Positions 24,845 through 37,876 of a stretch of DNA of 64,000 nt are shown piece by piece; position 1 is the first letter of the stretch; each line of letters opens with the position of its first letter. The notes beneath the pieces were generated by a model. The model saw only the letters and a list, made by a program, of their open reading frames with translations, did no database searches and had not been told where the DNA came from. The position numbers and the translations under genes were made by a program. The stretch covers positions 39,556,001-39,620,000 of the forward strand of contig OX597830.1 in the NCBI GenBank assembly GCA_951406725.2, written 5' to 3'. Source of the DNA: Octopus vulgaris (Eukaryota).

Positions 24845-26510
24845 CACTTGTCAAGTGCTGCAGTTAGTGGAATTGACTAACTCGTCCCCAAAATTTCAGC
24901 TTCGTGCCTATAGGGAAAAGGATTGTTATTATCATTATTAAGACAGCAAGCTGGCAGTCGTTAGCATGCTGGACGAAATGCTTAGCGGTATTTCACCCAT
25001 CACTATGTCCTTTTCTACTTTAGGCACAAGGCCTGAAATTTTGTGGGAGGGAGCCAGTCGATTAGCTCAACCCCGGTATACAACTGGTACTTAATTTTTT
25101 GACCCCAAAAGGATGAAAGGCAAAGTCAACCATGGCAAAATTTGAACTCAGAACGTAAAGACAGATGAAATACTGCTTAGCGTTTCACCTAGCATGCTAA
25201 CATTTCTACCAGCTCACAGCCTTGTCCATTGCTACATTCTGAGGTCAACTTTGCCTCTCATCCTTTTGGGGTTAATAGATTAAGTACCAGTGAAATTCTG
25301 GGGTTGATGTCCTCTCCCCCCCCAAAATTTCAGGCCTTGTGCCCATAATAGAAGGGATTATTATTATTGTTATTATTATTATTATTACTATGAGGTGCCA
25401 AGCTGGATGAACTGCTTAGTGCTATTTCTTCTGGTCCTTCATGTTCTGAGTTCAAATTCCACCAAGGTCAAGTATTGGGGTTGATGTTGTCAACTAACCC
25501 CTTCAACCTAAAACTACTGACCCCGTGCTAAAATTTGAAACCAGTTGGGTGGCAAGCTGACAGAATCATTAGCATACCAGACAAAAGGCTTTGTGTTATT
25601 TCTTTTGGGTGTTTTTATGTTCTGAGTTCAAATCCTGCAATGGTCGACTTTATCTTCCATCTTTTCAGAGTCAATAAAATAAAGTACCAGTCAAGTGCTG
25701 GTACTTTATTTTATCATTGCAATCAGCTTAGCTATTTCTCTAAAATTGTTGGCCCTGTGCCAAAATTTGAAAGGGCTATTCATCATCATTTTACATGGCA
25801 CCATCACCTGCACTGACAGGATCGCCAAGTACCTTGCAAGACAAGAACCCTCTCTATGGGGCAGGGGTAGTATTGAGTGGGTGGGGCTTTGTGCCAGTTG
25901 AGAGATTTAAGGTCGAGAGGCGGGTGGGGACAGGTATAGGTATCTTGCTGTAGAGTAGGTATGTCGATATCCTCGTTGGAAAACAAGGGAAAGTCAGTTG
26001 TAGAGTAAGATAAAGGGATTGATAGCGAGAGAGATGATGGTAGAGATACTATTATTATTGTTGTTGTTAAGGTGACAAGCTGGCAGAATCATCATCAAGC
26101 CAAGAGGAAATGTTTAGTGGCATTTGGTCTGCCTTTTAAGTTCAAATTCTGCCGAGGTTGACTTTGTCTTTCATCTTCTCAGGGTCAATAAAATAAGTAC
26201 CTGTCAAGTACTGAGGTCAATGTTATTGACTATCCCCTTGCCCTTAAAATTCAGGCCTCGTACCTTTAGTAGAAAGGATTATTATTATTGTTGTTTAGGT
26301 GGCGAGCTGGCAGAATCGTTAGCATCCCAAGCAAAATGCTTAGCGGCATTTCATTCATCTTAACATTCTGAGTTCAAATTCTGCCAAGGGCAATTTTGTC
26401 TTTCATCCTTTTGGCTTTGATGAAATAAGTACCAGTTGAATACTGGGGTCAATGTATTCAACTTATCCCTTCCCCTAGAATTGCTGGCCTTGTGCCGAAA
26501 TATGAAAGCA
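24845..26510. mobile_element. Nested/tandem SINE A cluster in CFAP20 intron 2
   Basis: Multiple family A heads and cores separated by (TTA)n tails; one - copy nested near 25010-25223. Confidence 0.75.
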
Positions 26511-26530
26511 TTATTATTATTATTATTATT

Positions 26531-26713
26531 GTTCTGTAGTTTTATTTTTATAGTGTGCTTTCACTTCACTACCGAGCGCAGCTCTGTGTGCCTTGGGTAT
26601 GTGCTGTAATTTGTTGTGATGCTCTGATGGTTATTGTATGGAAAGTGTTCCGCATAGGATGTGTGCAGTGCCTAGTAGTACAATTTTCTGTATGTTGTAT
26701 GTGTTTGTAAGTC
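26531..26713 (-). mobile_element. Dong/R4-clade LINE 3' end in a (TAA)n tract
   Basis: Minus strand [15 protein letters not shown]...TLSIQ*; (TTA)n on both sides. Confidence 0.7.
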
Positions 26714-26759
26714 ATTATTATTATTATTATTATTGTATCTTATTTGACTATTTTTGCAG

Positions 26760-26871
26760 TACCACATACATTACATGTCCTGCTGATCCAAAGAAAACTC
26801 TTGGCATCAAACTACCCTTTTTGGTGATGATAATTAAAAATCTCAAAAAATATTTCACATTTGAAGTACAG
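26760..26871 (+). CDS. CFAP20: CFAP20 coding exon 3
   Basis: tttttgcag acceptor; (S)[37 protein letters not shown]; donor GTAAAT; 112 nt, phase-compatible with exon 2. Confidence 0.98.
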
Positions 26872-28179
26872 GTAAATAGCATATTTGCTCTTGACTCATT
26901 CTAACTCAATAATTTCACACTTGATATCATAGAGATGCTTGGTCCAAATATTTCTTTCTTGAAAAGCGGTTCTCTTTCTGAACCTTGTTGTGCTGTGTAT
27001 GTGTTTGTATGTATGTATGTATGTAATAATGTCCCATTGCAGCCTCCAAGTATTGGGTCATCCCATAAATAAGGCTGAATATACTCCTTTGTCACTTTCA
27101 TTATAGCTTTGAAAAAATAACTGTTGAAATCGAACTGCACCCTTCAAAACTTGCACTAAAAATAAAGACAAGGTAAAAATTCCTACCTGCTTTTATAGCA
27201 AGTTGATGCTGGTAGTTTATCCCATCCCCCTCTGACTTTTAGTTCATGCAATTGAAAAAGCTGCATTATTTATGGAACGACCCAATAGTAATGAAACTTA
27301 ATTATTATAATTAAGAGCTATTCCAGCCCATGTGGTTCAGAAGCTTGCTTTGTGACCAAGTTTCCTTGGGTTCAGCACCCCTCTGCATGGCACCTTGGGC
27401 AAGTGTTTTCTACTATAGACCCCCACCCCAAGCTGATCAAAAACTTGTGAGTGGATTTGCTAGACACATATGTGTGTGTTTGTGTATATCCATGTCTTTA
27501 CATCATATGGTGATTGTAAACGAGCATCACTGTCAAACATGCAGTGTCCTTCATTCTCAGTCTTACATAGAAAATATTATGCTGCAACACAAAGGGAATC
27601 TAGCCATAGAGAATCTGTCTCAACAAGTTCCTTTTGTTCCCTGCAAGTACGGAAAAGTGAATGTTAAATGACAATGATGATAATGATACTCAAGAATTGG
27701 CAAATTTCATGAGACCTTTTTTTTTTTTCTGTAACTCTTTTTCCTTGCTTTCACATTTGGGTGCTTTTTCTACTTGTAATCCCTTCACTGTAAAATAGGG
27801 AGTAGAGAGGGGTTTTTTGTTTGTTTTTTATTTATTTATTTATTTTGTTTTATTTTTGGTACTGGTGGTGGGACAGGATCTGTCAAAAGTCATTGGCATA
27901 ATATATTTATAAGCACAAATGTAAACCTGCAAAAAGTTAACAGTTCCTTTCACAAGATTTGAACCATCTGTCTCTTGAAAGTTTTGCAATGAAATTACTG
28001 TTTATATCAATTTGAGTGTTGCTCTAGTTAAGCTTCTCTCTAACATTGCATTTTTCATAATTTCCTTTAGAGCTGACATGATAAACCTTGAGCAACAACA
28101 AAAGTTTTAGCTCCATTGAAATATTTGATACTATATATAGATATATATATGTGTGTGTGTACACACACATACATATATT

Positions 28180-28561
28180 GGTGGCACCTTGTCGGTTGTG
28201 ATGATGAGGGTTCCAGTTGATCCAATCAATGGAACAGCCTGCTCGTGAAATTAACGTGCATGTGGCTGAGCATTCCACAGACACATGTACCCTTAATGTA
28301 GTTCTCAGGGAGATTCAGCATGATAAAGAATGTGAGAAGACTGGCCCTTTGAAATACAGGTACAAGAGAAACAGGAAGAAAGAGTGAGAGAAAGTTATGG
28401 TGAAAGAGTATAGCAGGGTTCGCCACCACCCCCTGCCGGAGCCTCGTGGAACTTGAGGTGTTTTCGCTCAATAAACACTCACAAGGCCCAGTCTGGGAAT
28501 CGAAACCGCGATCCTACGACCGCGTATCCGCTGCTCTAACCACTGGGCCATTGTGCCTCCA
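28180..28561 (-). mobile_element. Mosaic SINE: family D head + family C tail
   Basis: 28370-28561 matches 40780-40960; 28180-28360 matches 39729-39910. Confidence 0.8.
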
Positions 28562-28889
28562 CACACACATGTATAAGAAGGATGTGTATTACAGAACAAG
28601 TATCTTAAAATGTTTGTGAAATGCTAGGCGGAGGTTATCTCCCTTGCACCTGCTATGTTACATATTTCCTGAGAATCCTGACCTTGCTCTAGAACTAGTA
28701 TCCATGTGTCATAACTTCTGGAGATCGATTTACCTAACCATGTTTGGCTTATGGACTGTATAAAGACTGAAAGAAATCATCAACCATAAAATCAATTTTT
28801 TTCTTCCGATGTTCTCCAGTGTGTTAGGATAAGTTTTTATAACCAGTTGACCTAAATGTATAACATATATCACATTCTGTGAATGCTAG

Positions 28890-29410
28890 TCTGTAACTTT
28901 GTGGTGTGAAAGAAAGTTGTGAATTTAGTCAAGTTAATGGTTCCTCATGAAGATAACATGAATGCCAATCGGGCTCAAAAGATTGACTGTTATGTAATTC
29001 TCCTCAAGGAATGTGAAGACACAGACTGGAAAGCAGAGCATTTTCCAATAGAAGTCCGATTTAGAGGGTTTTTTGGACACTGTGTGAGGCGACTGTTGTT
29101 ATCGTTAAGCCTAACAAATTGTTAAGTAAATACCACCATGACTGATATCCAAACTGCAATGGAAAAGGCAAGCCACTGGATTTGGTTAAAAAGAGACAAT
29201 GAGCAATCGCTAGAAGACTATTGAGCTTTATTTGATAAACAGTAGATCTAGCAAGCAGGACCTCATATCACTGAGTAGGGCCGGTGCGCATTGATGCCGT
29301 CGAGAGGTAGGCCCCGAAACCTGATGACCCCCATATACTTGCTGGCTTTCGGTATGCAAAGTTCTCGACTGGTAGCATTTGCATGTGCAAGTTGTTTGCA
29401 GAACATCACT
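28890..29410 (+). mobile_element. HERO-like restriction-endonuclease LINE 3' remnant
   Basis: KLMVPHEDN...KIDCY...EC...W...FPIEVRFRGF then EKASHWIWLKR. Confidence 0.65.
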
Positions 29411-30155
29411 GGACAAATTGTTAGAGTATTAACAGCTCAGACTACTTAGCTATTAAAAGGTGCCTTGGGAGGCCCATTGAGGATAGATGTGTGTTTACAT
29501 ATCTTCATACATTCGTGCATGTATACATGCATCTATTTATGTATGGTGCTGTGTTCAGAAGTTGGTGAAGTTACAAGAGCAAGAGGTCAATTTAATCATC
29601 CTTGCTGGAAGCCATATTATTTCGTTTTACTTGCATTACTTATGCCCTTAAGAAACCCGTGAACTTTACGGCATGTCATTTACTTGCTCTTACCCTGGAG
29701 AAGAATAATGAACAACATTAAATACTATACATTTATCTGAAACGAAGGGCATCCAGTCATTGAAATCATGCCAAAGCAGACACCAGAACAGGCACAGATG
29801 CAGTCCTTGGACTTAACAGGTCCTGGCACTCAAACTATGCCAGTATGGAATAGGGACATTAAGTGATGGTGACGATGATGATGCTGTGAGTCATATGGAT
29901 TCACATTCCAATTCCTTAATTTTGCATATGAACCACAAAATGCACCAAATTCTTGCTGTAAAATGATTAGCAACAGGGAAAGAGTCTAGCCGTGAAAAAA
30001 GACCTTGCTTTTAAAAGTAAGAAGTGGACAAGCTGTAATTACAATGAAGACAATCTGGTTAACCCTCTTGTTACCATGTTTATGTTGAATTAATCGTGAA
30101 AAAAAAAACTGTAAAATTTATTAAAATAACTTTTTCATTATAAAGTTGTTGTTTG

Positions 30156-30196
<41 letters not shown>

Positions 30197-30693
30197 TATA
30201 CATATATATATATATGCATGATCATCATCATCATTGTTTAACATTCACTTTCCATGCTGGCATGAGTTGGACAGTTTGTTGGGAGCTGGCCAGGTAGAAG
30301 ACTACACCAGGCTTCTGTGTCTGTTTTGCCATGATTTTTGATGCCCTTCCTAAAACCAACCACCCTACAGAGTGGACCGAGTGTTTCTTACGTGGCATCA
30401 GCATAGGTGAGGTCAGTTGTGTGTGTGTGTGTGTATATGTATATGTATATATATATATATAATTTTAAAATAGGATAAAATCTTTATAAGAATTTATCAA
30501 GTAGTCAGCCTAATCATAAGGGAAAAATTCATAATTATTCCCTTTAAATATATTTATTTATATTAAGGGCATTACTGCACGTAAAAGCCTCACACTATGA
30601 GGGACTCTTAAAGTCAAAATTACCATAATGAATACAGTGTACCGAACACGAGGGAATGCAAATCTTGAACCGAACTCTTAAAAACAGATTCAG

Positions 30694-30755
30694 CCGCAGA
30701 TCATATATGATTTCATAGTTAGTGTACAAAATACACTTTCTAATCATCAGTGCAG
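30694..30755 (-). ncRNA. Candidate type I hammerhead ribozyme in a Penelope-like repeat
   Basis: CTGCA-CTGATGA-[stem II]-GAAA-TCATATATGA-TC-TGCGG; all three helices can be drawn; U.U at the base of stem II is non-canonical. Confidence 0.5.
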
Positions 30756-31200
30756 GCATAATCAAGACACATAAAAATTTAACCAGAATATATTCAGTGC
30801 TGAATTATTCTGAATATACATATGTACCGAGATGCAATTTGAGAAGCCTGCCTCTTACATAGATATATAAGAGTGAACAGCTCTATGTACCGTGCTGGAT
30901 ACATTTGGTGTTTGTCTGGTATGTTCATTTTTTGCAACAGGCGTCTTCTATAGCCATGGGTCAACCAATGCATTTTGAATAAATTTATTTAATGGAAACT
31001 GTACCAATGCCTGTCATATGTGTGAGCGCATGTGTTGATCTTTGTGAATATTTACATTCTGTGTACCTGAAAAAAAGTGTTCATCTACCATTGATGTTGT
31101 TTGTTGACAATTCCTTCTGTCCATATCATTCACTAGCTCTGCTCTTTCAAAGACAGATAGACTGAGAAATCCCTAATTTAAAAAAAGAAATAAAAAAAAG

Positions 31201-31580
31201 GCGTGGCTGTTTAGTAAGAAGCTTACTTCCCAAACACATAGTACCCGGTTCAGTCCCACTGCGTGGCACCTTAGGCAAGTGTCTTCTACTGTAGCCTCAG
31301 GCCTTGTGAGTGGATTTGGTAAATGGAAACTGAAAGAAGCTTGTTGTGTATGTGTGTGTTTCTTTGTGCCTGTGTTTATCCCCCCCCCATCACTGCTTGA
31401 CAACCAGTGTTGGTGTGTTTATGTACCTGTAACTTAGCAGTCAGTTCAGCAGAGACCAATAGAATAAGCACTAGGCTTAAAAATTAAGTCCCATGATAAA
31501 ATTGTTTGACAAAATCACTTCAAGGCAGTGCTCCAGCATGGCCACAGTCAGATAACTGAAACAAATAAATGAATAAAAGA
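31201..31580 (+). mobile_element. SINE family B, diverged
   Basis: Family head and tail; ends about 140 bp before CFAP20 exon 4. Confidence 0.8.
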
Positions 31581-31721
31581 ACTGGAAGGGAAGAATCTTT
31601 AACATAGTGCTTCAGTAATATGTATTCATCTAACTAATGCTACTATGGAGAAGTGGATGTAAAACAGTAGTACAATCATGCATACAAACACACATGTATG
31701 ATTTTGTTTGATTTGTTGTAG

Positions 31722-31910
31722 GTTTTAGATGACAAAAGTGTCCGGCGTCGATTCCGAGCCAGCAACTACCAGAGTACCACCCGTGTAAAACCTTTCATTT
31801 GCACTATGCCGATGCGTCTTGATGACAGCTGGAATCAGATACAGTTTAACCTCTCTGACTTTACACGACGAGCCTATGGAACAAATTACATTGAGACAAT
31901 CAGAGTACAG
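31722..31910 (+). CDS. CFAP20: CFAP20 coding exon 4
   Basis: ttgttgtag acceptor; [63 protein letters not shown]; donor GTAAGT; 189 nt. Confidence 0.98.
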
Positions 31911-32001
31911 GTAAGTGCTTCAATCCCTTTTAGCCAAACATGCACTTTTGCACGGAGTTGTTACTGACCTTTACATCTTTTTATTAGGTTTGTCACTAGC
32001 C

Positions 32002-32227
32002 AGCGAGCTGGCAGAAACGTTAGCACGCCGAGCGAAATGCGTAGCCGTATTTCGTCTGTCATTACGTTCTGAGTTCAAATTCCGCCGAGGTCGACTTTGC
32101 CTTTCATCCTTTCGGGGTCGATTAGATAAGTACCAGTCACACACTGGGGTCGACATAATTGGCTTAATCCGTTTGTCTGTCCTTGTTTGTCCTCTCTGTG
32201 TTTAGCCCCTTGTGGGTAGTAAAGAAA
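32002..32227 (+). mobile_element. SINE family A with 17-bp TSD
   Basis: TSD taggt(t/a)tgtcactagcc at 31985-32001 and 32228-32244; about 90 bp after CFAP20 exon 4. Confidence 0.9.
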
Positions 32228-32684
32228 TAGGTATGTCACTAGCCTGAGGGAATTATCAAGTCAAAGTTTATCTCATTTTCCACGGCATATGAGCAATTGC
32301 CCCTCTTCATAAATGGGGTACCTGCCCATCACAGGTTCAACCCATAGCTGTTGCCGTTATGCATTCTTGGCTGAGTATAAAGTGGCTGGCATTTGGAAGG
32401 GCATCCGGCAGATAGTAGCGCTTTACACAGTCTGCTCGGTCACCAGCTCCTGTCAAATTGTCCAACCCATGCCAGCATAGAATACTGGACATTAAATGAT
32501 GGAGATGAAATATATATATATATCGCAGGTGTGGCTGTGTGGTGAGAAGCTTGCTTCCCAACGGCATAGTTCCAGGTTTAGCCCCACTGTGTGGCAACTT
32601 GGGTAAGTGTCATCTATTGTAGCTCTGGGCTGACCAAAGACCTGTGAGTGGGTTTGGTAAATGGAAACTGAAAGAAGCCTGTCA

Positions 32685-32725
<41 letters not shown>

Positions 32726-33152
32726 GTTTGTCCCTCAACCATCACTTGACAACTAATGATGGTGTATTTACATCCCTGTAACCTAGTGATTTGGAAAAAG
32801 AGACTGATAGAATAAGTACGAGGCTTACAAAGAATAGCTCCTGGGGTCAATTTCTTCGACTAGAGGTGGTGTTCCAGCATGGCCACAGTCAAACAACTGA
32901 AACAAGTGAAAGAATAAAAGAAAGAATATATATGTGTGTATGTATGTATGTGTATATATATAGTAAATCCCCCCAAAAAAGAACAAATAACATGAGGATG
33001 CCGTACATGTAAAGTGTTAGCAGATGCTCAAGGAAGGAAAGAAGGATGGTTTAACATTTTGAGCAATGCTCTTCTTCAGAAACAGAGAACAGTCCAGTAG
33101 AAAGGAAGACGGAGGAAGAAAATATATGTGTGTGTGTGTGTGTATATATATA

Positions 33153-33186
<34 letters not shown>

Positions 33187-34220
33187 CACATTATTTTCTC
33201 TTTTTACTTGTTTCAGTCACTGGCTGAGGCACTGCTTTGAATTGTTTTAGCTGACTAAATTGACCTCAATACTTTTTTTTATATACTGGTATTTATTCTA
33301 TCGCTGTCTTCTGCCAAACTGCTGAGTACAGAGGTGTAAACACACCAACATCGTTTTTAAGCGGTGGTGGTAGGAGGGACAAACAAAGCCACACACACAC
33401 ACATGCATATGATTGATTGATTGATTGATTCTAGTTTCAGCTTATGAGCTGTGGCCATGCTATGGGCTCCTTTCAGTTTTCATCTACCAAGTCCGCTGAC
33501 AAAGTTTTGGTCGGCTTGAGGCTACAGTAGAAGACATTTATCCACGGCACCACACAGTTGGGCCTGAACCTGGAACCTACTACACAGCCGAAAAAATAAA
33601 TAAAAATTTAAAAAAAAAAAGAAAAACGATAAAACTCAGGGGCAGGTCACTCTAATCCCTTCGATAATGTCCCTTCCAATTGTATTCAGAATGCTCTCCC
33701 TTCAATTTGATACTCTTATTTCTTTACTTTATGAATTTTGTGATTTGCGTTTCAAGTATTGGAGGAATGTGTGACATTCATGACGTTTCCAGTGTTCATG
33801 GATAAGTAAATCACACATCGCACATGACTTTCCCCGCTTTTGATGAAATCATGACGTAAAAATTCATTCTCAAACAGCTTCATTAAGTTATTTTAGGAAA
33901 ATATCTTTAGACTCGGCATTGCCTATTCTGTAGATGTGTAGTTGTGTTGACAGGTTATTGAACTATCGCAAGATCTAAGATTAGTAAATGTGGTCTGAAG
34001 ATTTTAACCGTGAGCAGCAGACTTGTAGATTTGTTTATGATTTTATTTTCTTCATATGGGCTTTGGCATGGCTGTGTGGTTAAGAAGCTCGCTTTGCAAC
34101 CACAAGGATTCAGGTTCAGTTCCATTGCATGACTCTTGGGGCAAGTGTCTTCTACTACAGTCCCAGACTGTCTAATGCTCTGTGAGTGAATTTAGTTGGT
34201 GGAAAATGCAAAAGCCCATA

Positions 34221-34273
<53 letters not shown>

Positions 34274-34984
34274 CGATCTTATGCTGATCACTTGATAAAA
34301 TCATTATTTTATTTTTAAATTAACGATCTTATCCTTAGTCATATATATATATATATATTTATATATACATGTGTTTGTGTTTAACCTTCTAGCAGTTCAG
34401 TAATAGAGACTAAGAGAACAAGAATCAGACTTTAAAAAGCAAGTACTGAAGTGATTTTTGTTCAACTAAATCCTTCAAGGCTGTGCCCCAGCATGGCTGC
34501 AGCCCAATGACTGAAGCAAGTAAGAGATAAAAAGATAAAGATATGCAGTTATTGAGTTAACTGAGTCTGGTGGTATTGATTCTATCTTTTTATACATTGG
34601 ACTGAAATACCACTCATATCAGCTTTACCCTTCATCCTTTTGTGAATGATAGATTAACTAGTAACCTTGTACTGGGATAGATCCTTCTCTTTCTCTATCA
34701 GTCTCTCTTTCTTGGTGATACAGGTTGTGGTCAGACCTGGACACAAATGGGCACCTGCAGGTGTAAAGGTTTTTAAAATATGCTGCATATCATGAAGGCA
34801 CCCTTACAATTCCTGGGGGCCTAAGTCATGACGTAGTGAATGTGTTTTGGTACTAGGAAATATTGACTTTCCAGAAAATGATGGTCTGGAACCTCTTATA
34901 ATCTGTGCTAATTTAGGAGCAAGAACATCAAATTCCTGTGGCTGCCAGACTAGTTTACCATATTTGTATGTTATATAGTATTAA

Positions 34985-35589
34985 CCTTTTAGCATTCAGA
35001 TTACTTTATCACATGTAATTCTTATTTATTCACATTGTTTGGAACAAGTCCTCATTGTCTCATAGCTTTGAGATTTCAATGATGTGATTTACCCTTTACT
35101 CTTTTACTTGTTTCAGTCATTTGACTGGGGCCATGCTGGAGCACCGCCTTTAGTCGAGCAAATCGACCCTGGGACTTATTCTTTGTAAGCCCAGTACTTA
35201 TTCTATCGGTCTCTTTTGCCGAACCGCTAAGTGACGGGGACATAAACACACCAGCATTGGTTGTCAAGCAATGCTAGGGAGACAAACACAGACACACACA
35301 TACATATATATACGACAGGCTTCTTTCAGTTTCCGTCTACCAAATCCACTCATAAGGCATTGGTCAGTCCGGGGCTATAGCAGAAGACACTTGCCTAAGA
35401 TGCCACGCAGTGGGACTGAACCCGGAACCATGTGGTTGGTTAGCAAGCTACTTACCACACAGCCACTCCTATTGTATATTTTTTGAATGACATTGTAGTG
35501 TAGGTGTGAGGTGCTGAATCTGACCAACTTGACCATAAAAAAAAGGTAGAATGTTTGGGCCAGAAATGTCTGGTTTTAATGTCAAAGGG
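34985..35589. mobile_element. piggyBac-type MITE (contains a SINE)
   Basis: TTAA|ccttttagcatt...aatgtcaaaggg|TTAA; same internal sequence as the other copies. Confidence 0.8.
35095..35471 (-). mobile_element. SINE family B inside a piggyBac-type MITE
   Basis: Near-consensus copy. Confidence 0.9.
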
Positions 35590-35948
35590 TTAATGAACAT
35601 GTGCCATATATAAAAATGTACAGTTACTTGTATTTTGTCATCATTTAACATCCATTTTCCATTCTGATTTCATTTAATTATTGAAGTAAATTGAATGTTT
35701 GCTTAATTTAGTGTATATTGACCAAGATGACTGCTCTTGGTTTGGTAAAATCACTAACCTAGAAAGGCTTTGGAACTGAAGATTATGGATGATCATTACT
35801 GAATCTTGGTACTGCTACATAACATTAGGTTGCTGGTTCCATGTTCAAGATAGTTAGAAAGAGGGCTGATAGAATGGATTTCTTTTCCTTTCCATGTTTT
35901 TCTTTCTTTCTTTCTATTCCCTTATTGTCATTCTGCTCTCTTTTCCAG

Positions 35949-36062
35949 ATTCATGCCAACTGTCGTATTCGGCGAGTATATTTCTCCGATCGCTTATATT
36001 CTGAAGACGAGCTGCCGGGAGAATTCAAACTATATATTCCACAAAGCAAGATCAAAGCTTGA
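35949..36062 (+). CDS. CFAP20: CFAP20 coding exon 5 (terminal)
   Basis: Pyrimidine tract + ttccag acceptor; [37 protein letters not shown]; total CDS 579 nt = 192 aa + stop. Confidence 0.96.
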   Translation: MHANCRIRRVYFSDRLYSEDELPGEFKLYIPQSKIKA

Positions 36063-36095
36063 GTGATTTTTAACAAGTAAAACAGAAAAAAAACT

Positions 36096-36142
36096 AATAA
36101 AAAGAATATAAAAAATAAAAAAAAAGAATTAAAAGCAATAAA
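36096..36142 (+). terminator. Candidate CFAP20 polyadenylation signals
   Basis: AATAAA hexamers (e.g. 36096, 36137) shortly after the stop; the region is A-rich so the one used is unknown. Confidence 0.4.
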
Positions 36143-36357
36143 CTTTGTAAATATCTTAGACTTTACATTGAAAATATGTTTCCTCTACTCGCACATTTGT
36201 CCACAGTGTGTGCCTATGTATGTATATATGTGTGTGTATATATATATATATATACATACATATATATATATACACCTACGTATGTATATATGTATGTAAA
36301 ACTAATGTATGTATAATTTTATATGTGAGATGTGTTCGTGTACATATATGTAAATGT

Positions 36358-36395
<38 letters not shown>

Positions 36396-36416
36396 GTATA
36401 TATGCATATAAATGTG

Positions 36417-36458
<42 letters not shown>

Positions 36459-37665
36459 GACCATGAGTATCATTTGTCTCTAATCTTTAAACCTTAGTCC
36501 GTCTGGTCTTATTTTAACTTAATTCATTCTTCTCAATTTTCATTTTGTAGTGCTAGAAAGTTGTAGCTATACTTTTTGAATAAATTATTTCATTGCAAAG
36601 TATTTCCAATTACAGCTTGCTAATTCTTTATGGATTCTTTCTCTTCTGTTCAGATCTATTTATATATATCTCAGTATTTCATATGTTCTGTTTAACCCCC
36701 TTTGTCTCCTCACATGAAGTTGACCCCCCCTACTTCCTCAAGGGCTCATAGTCCTGTGAAGTACATAGTGATTTCAGTAGTGCAGGTAGCATGAAGAAAG
36801 CACCCAGTACAGCTTTTGGAAGAACATTCAGCCATGGAAACCATGTTAAAGAAGACATTTAAGCACAGTGTAGTCCGAGAATTCCTTGCATCTGTCAAAA
36901 CGTTTAACCCTAGGCTTTAAATGATGATGATGTTTCTTATCTTCTCTTTTACACACAATTTTTTTAATTATCGTAATAATAATAACAAACATACAAGGCT
37001 GATAGTCTTCATAATGAATAGATGAATCTTGGTTAGAATTTCCAACCATAAATGTACAAGCCATTCAATCATTAAACTGGCAATGTATGTGGCTGGATAT
37101 TCTACAAACATGTGTATCTTAATCCTTTGGTGGAATCATTATCATCATTTTACGTCCCTTTTTCCATGCTAGCATGGGTTAGATGGTTCAACTAGAGCAG
37201 ATGAACCAGAGAGCTGCTCCCAATTCTATGTCTACTTTGACATGGTTTCTACAGCCGCATCCTCTCCCTAACACCAACCACTTAACAGATTGTATTGGGT
37301 GCTTTTTAAGTAGCACTACCCCTAGTGCAGTGCCAACTATCTGCAAGATGAAACCCCTCAACTGAATGGGGTATAGAATCTGCACAACAGTGTAATATAA
37401 ACTGTGTGTACAATCCATCTGACAGGCTTCCATACAGTATATGTCTACCCAATTCCATCCATAAGGCAGAAAGTGGCATGAGACTGTAGGAAATGGCACT
37501 TAAGATTCCACTCAATACGAGCAAAATGGAGACCTTGTGATGATTGCAGAGCAAACTTGTTAATCACTCAGTCACACATGATATGCAATTTATTTTGAAT
37601 ACTGAAACTTTTTCCAATCCTTTAGTATTTTTTATTATCAAATATAATGCTTATTTGTTCACATT

Positions 37666-37862
37666 CATCCTCATTATCATCATCATCATTTAACGTCTGC
37701 TTTCCATGTTAGCATGGGTTGGACAATTTGACTGAGGACTGGCAAACCAGATGGCTGCACCAGGCTCCAATCTGATCTCACAGAGTTTCTACAGCTGGAT
37801 ACCCTTCCTAACGTCAACCACTCTGAGAGTGTAGTGGGTGCTTTTATTTGCCACCGGCACAG
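37666..37862 (-). mobile_element. RTE LINE 3' end fused downstream of the tRNA-Leu
   Basis: Reverse complement aligns by eye to 8331-8534 including the (GAT)n tail. Confidence 0.88.
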
Positions 37863-37876
37863 AAAAAAATTGCTCC

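Noticed and set aside
29310-29335. cgaaac and ctgatga close together, hammerhead-like
   Set aside because: Helices cannot be drawn in a valid arrangement; lies in a LINE 3' UTR.
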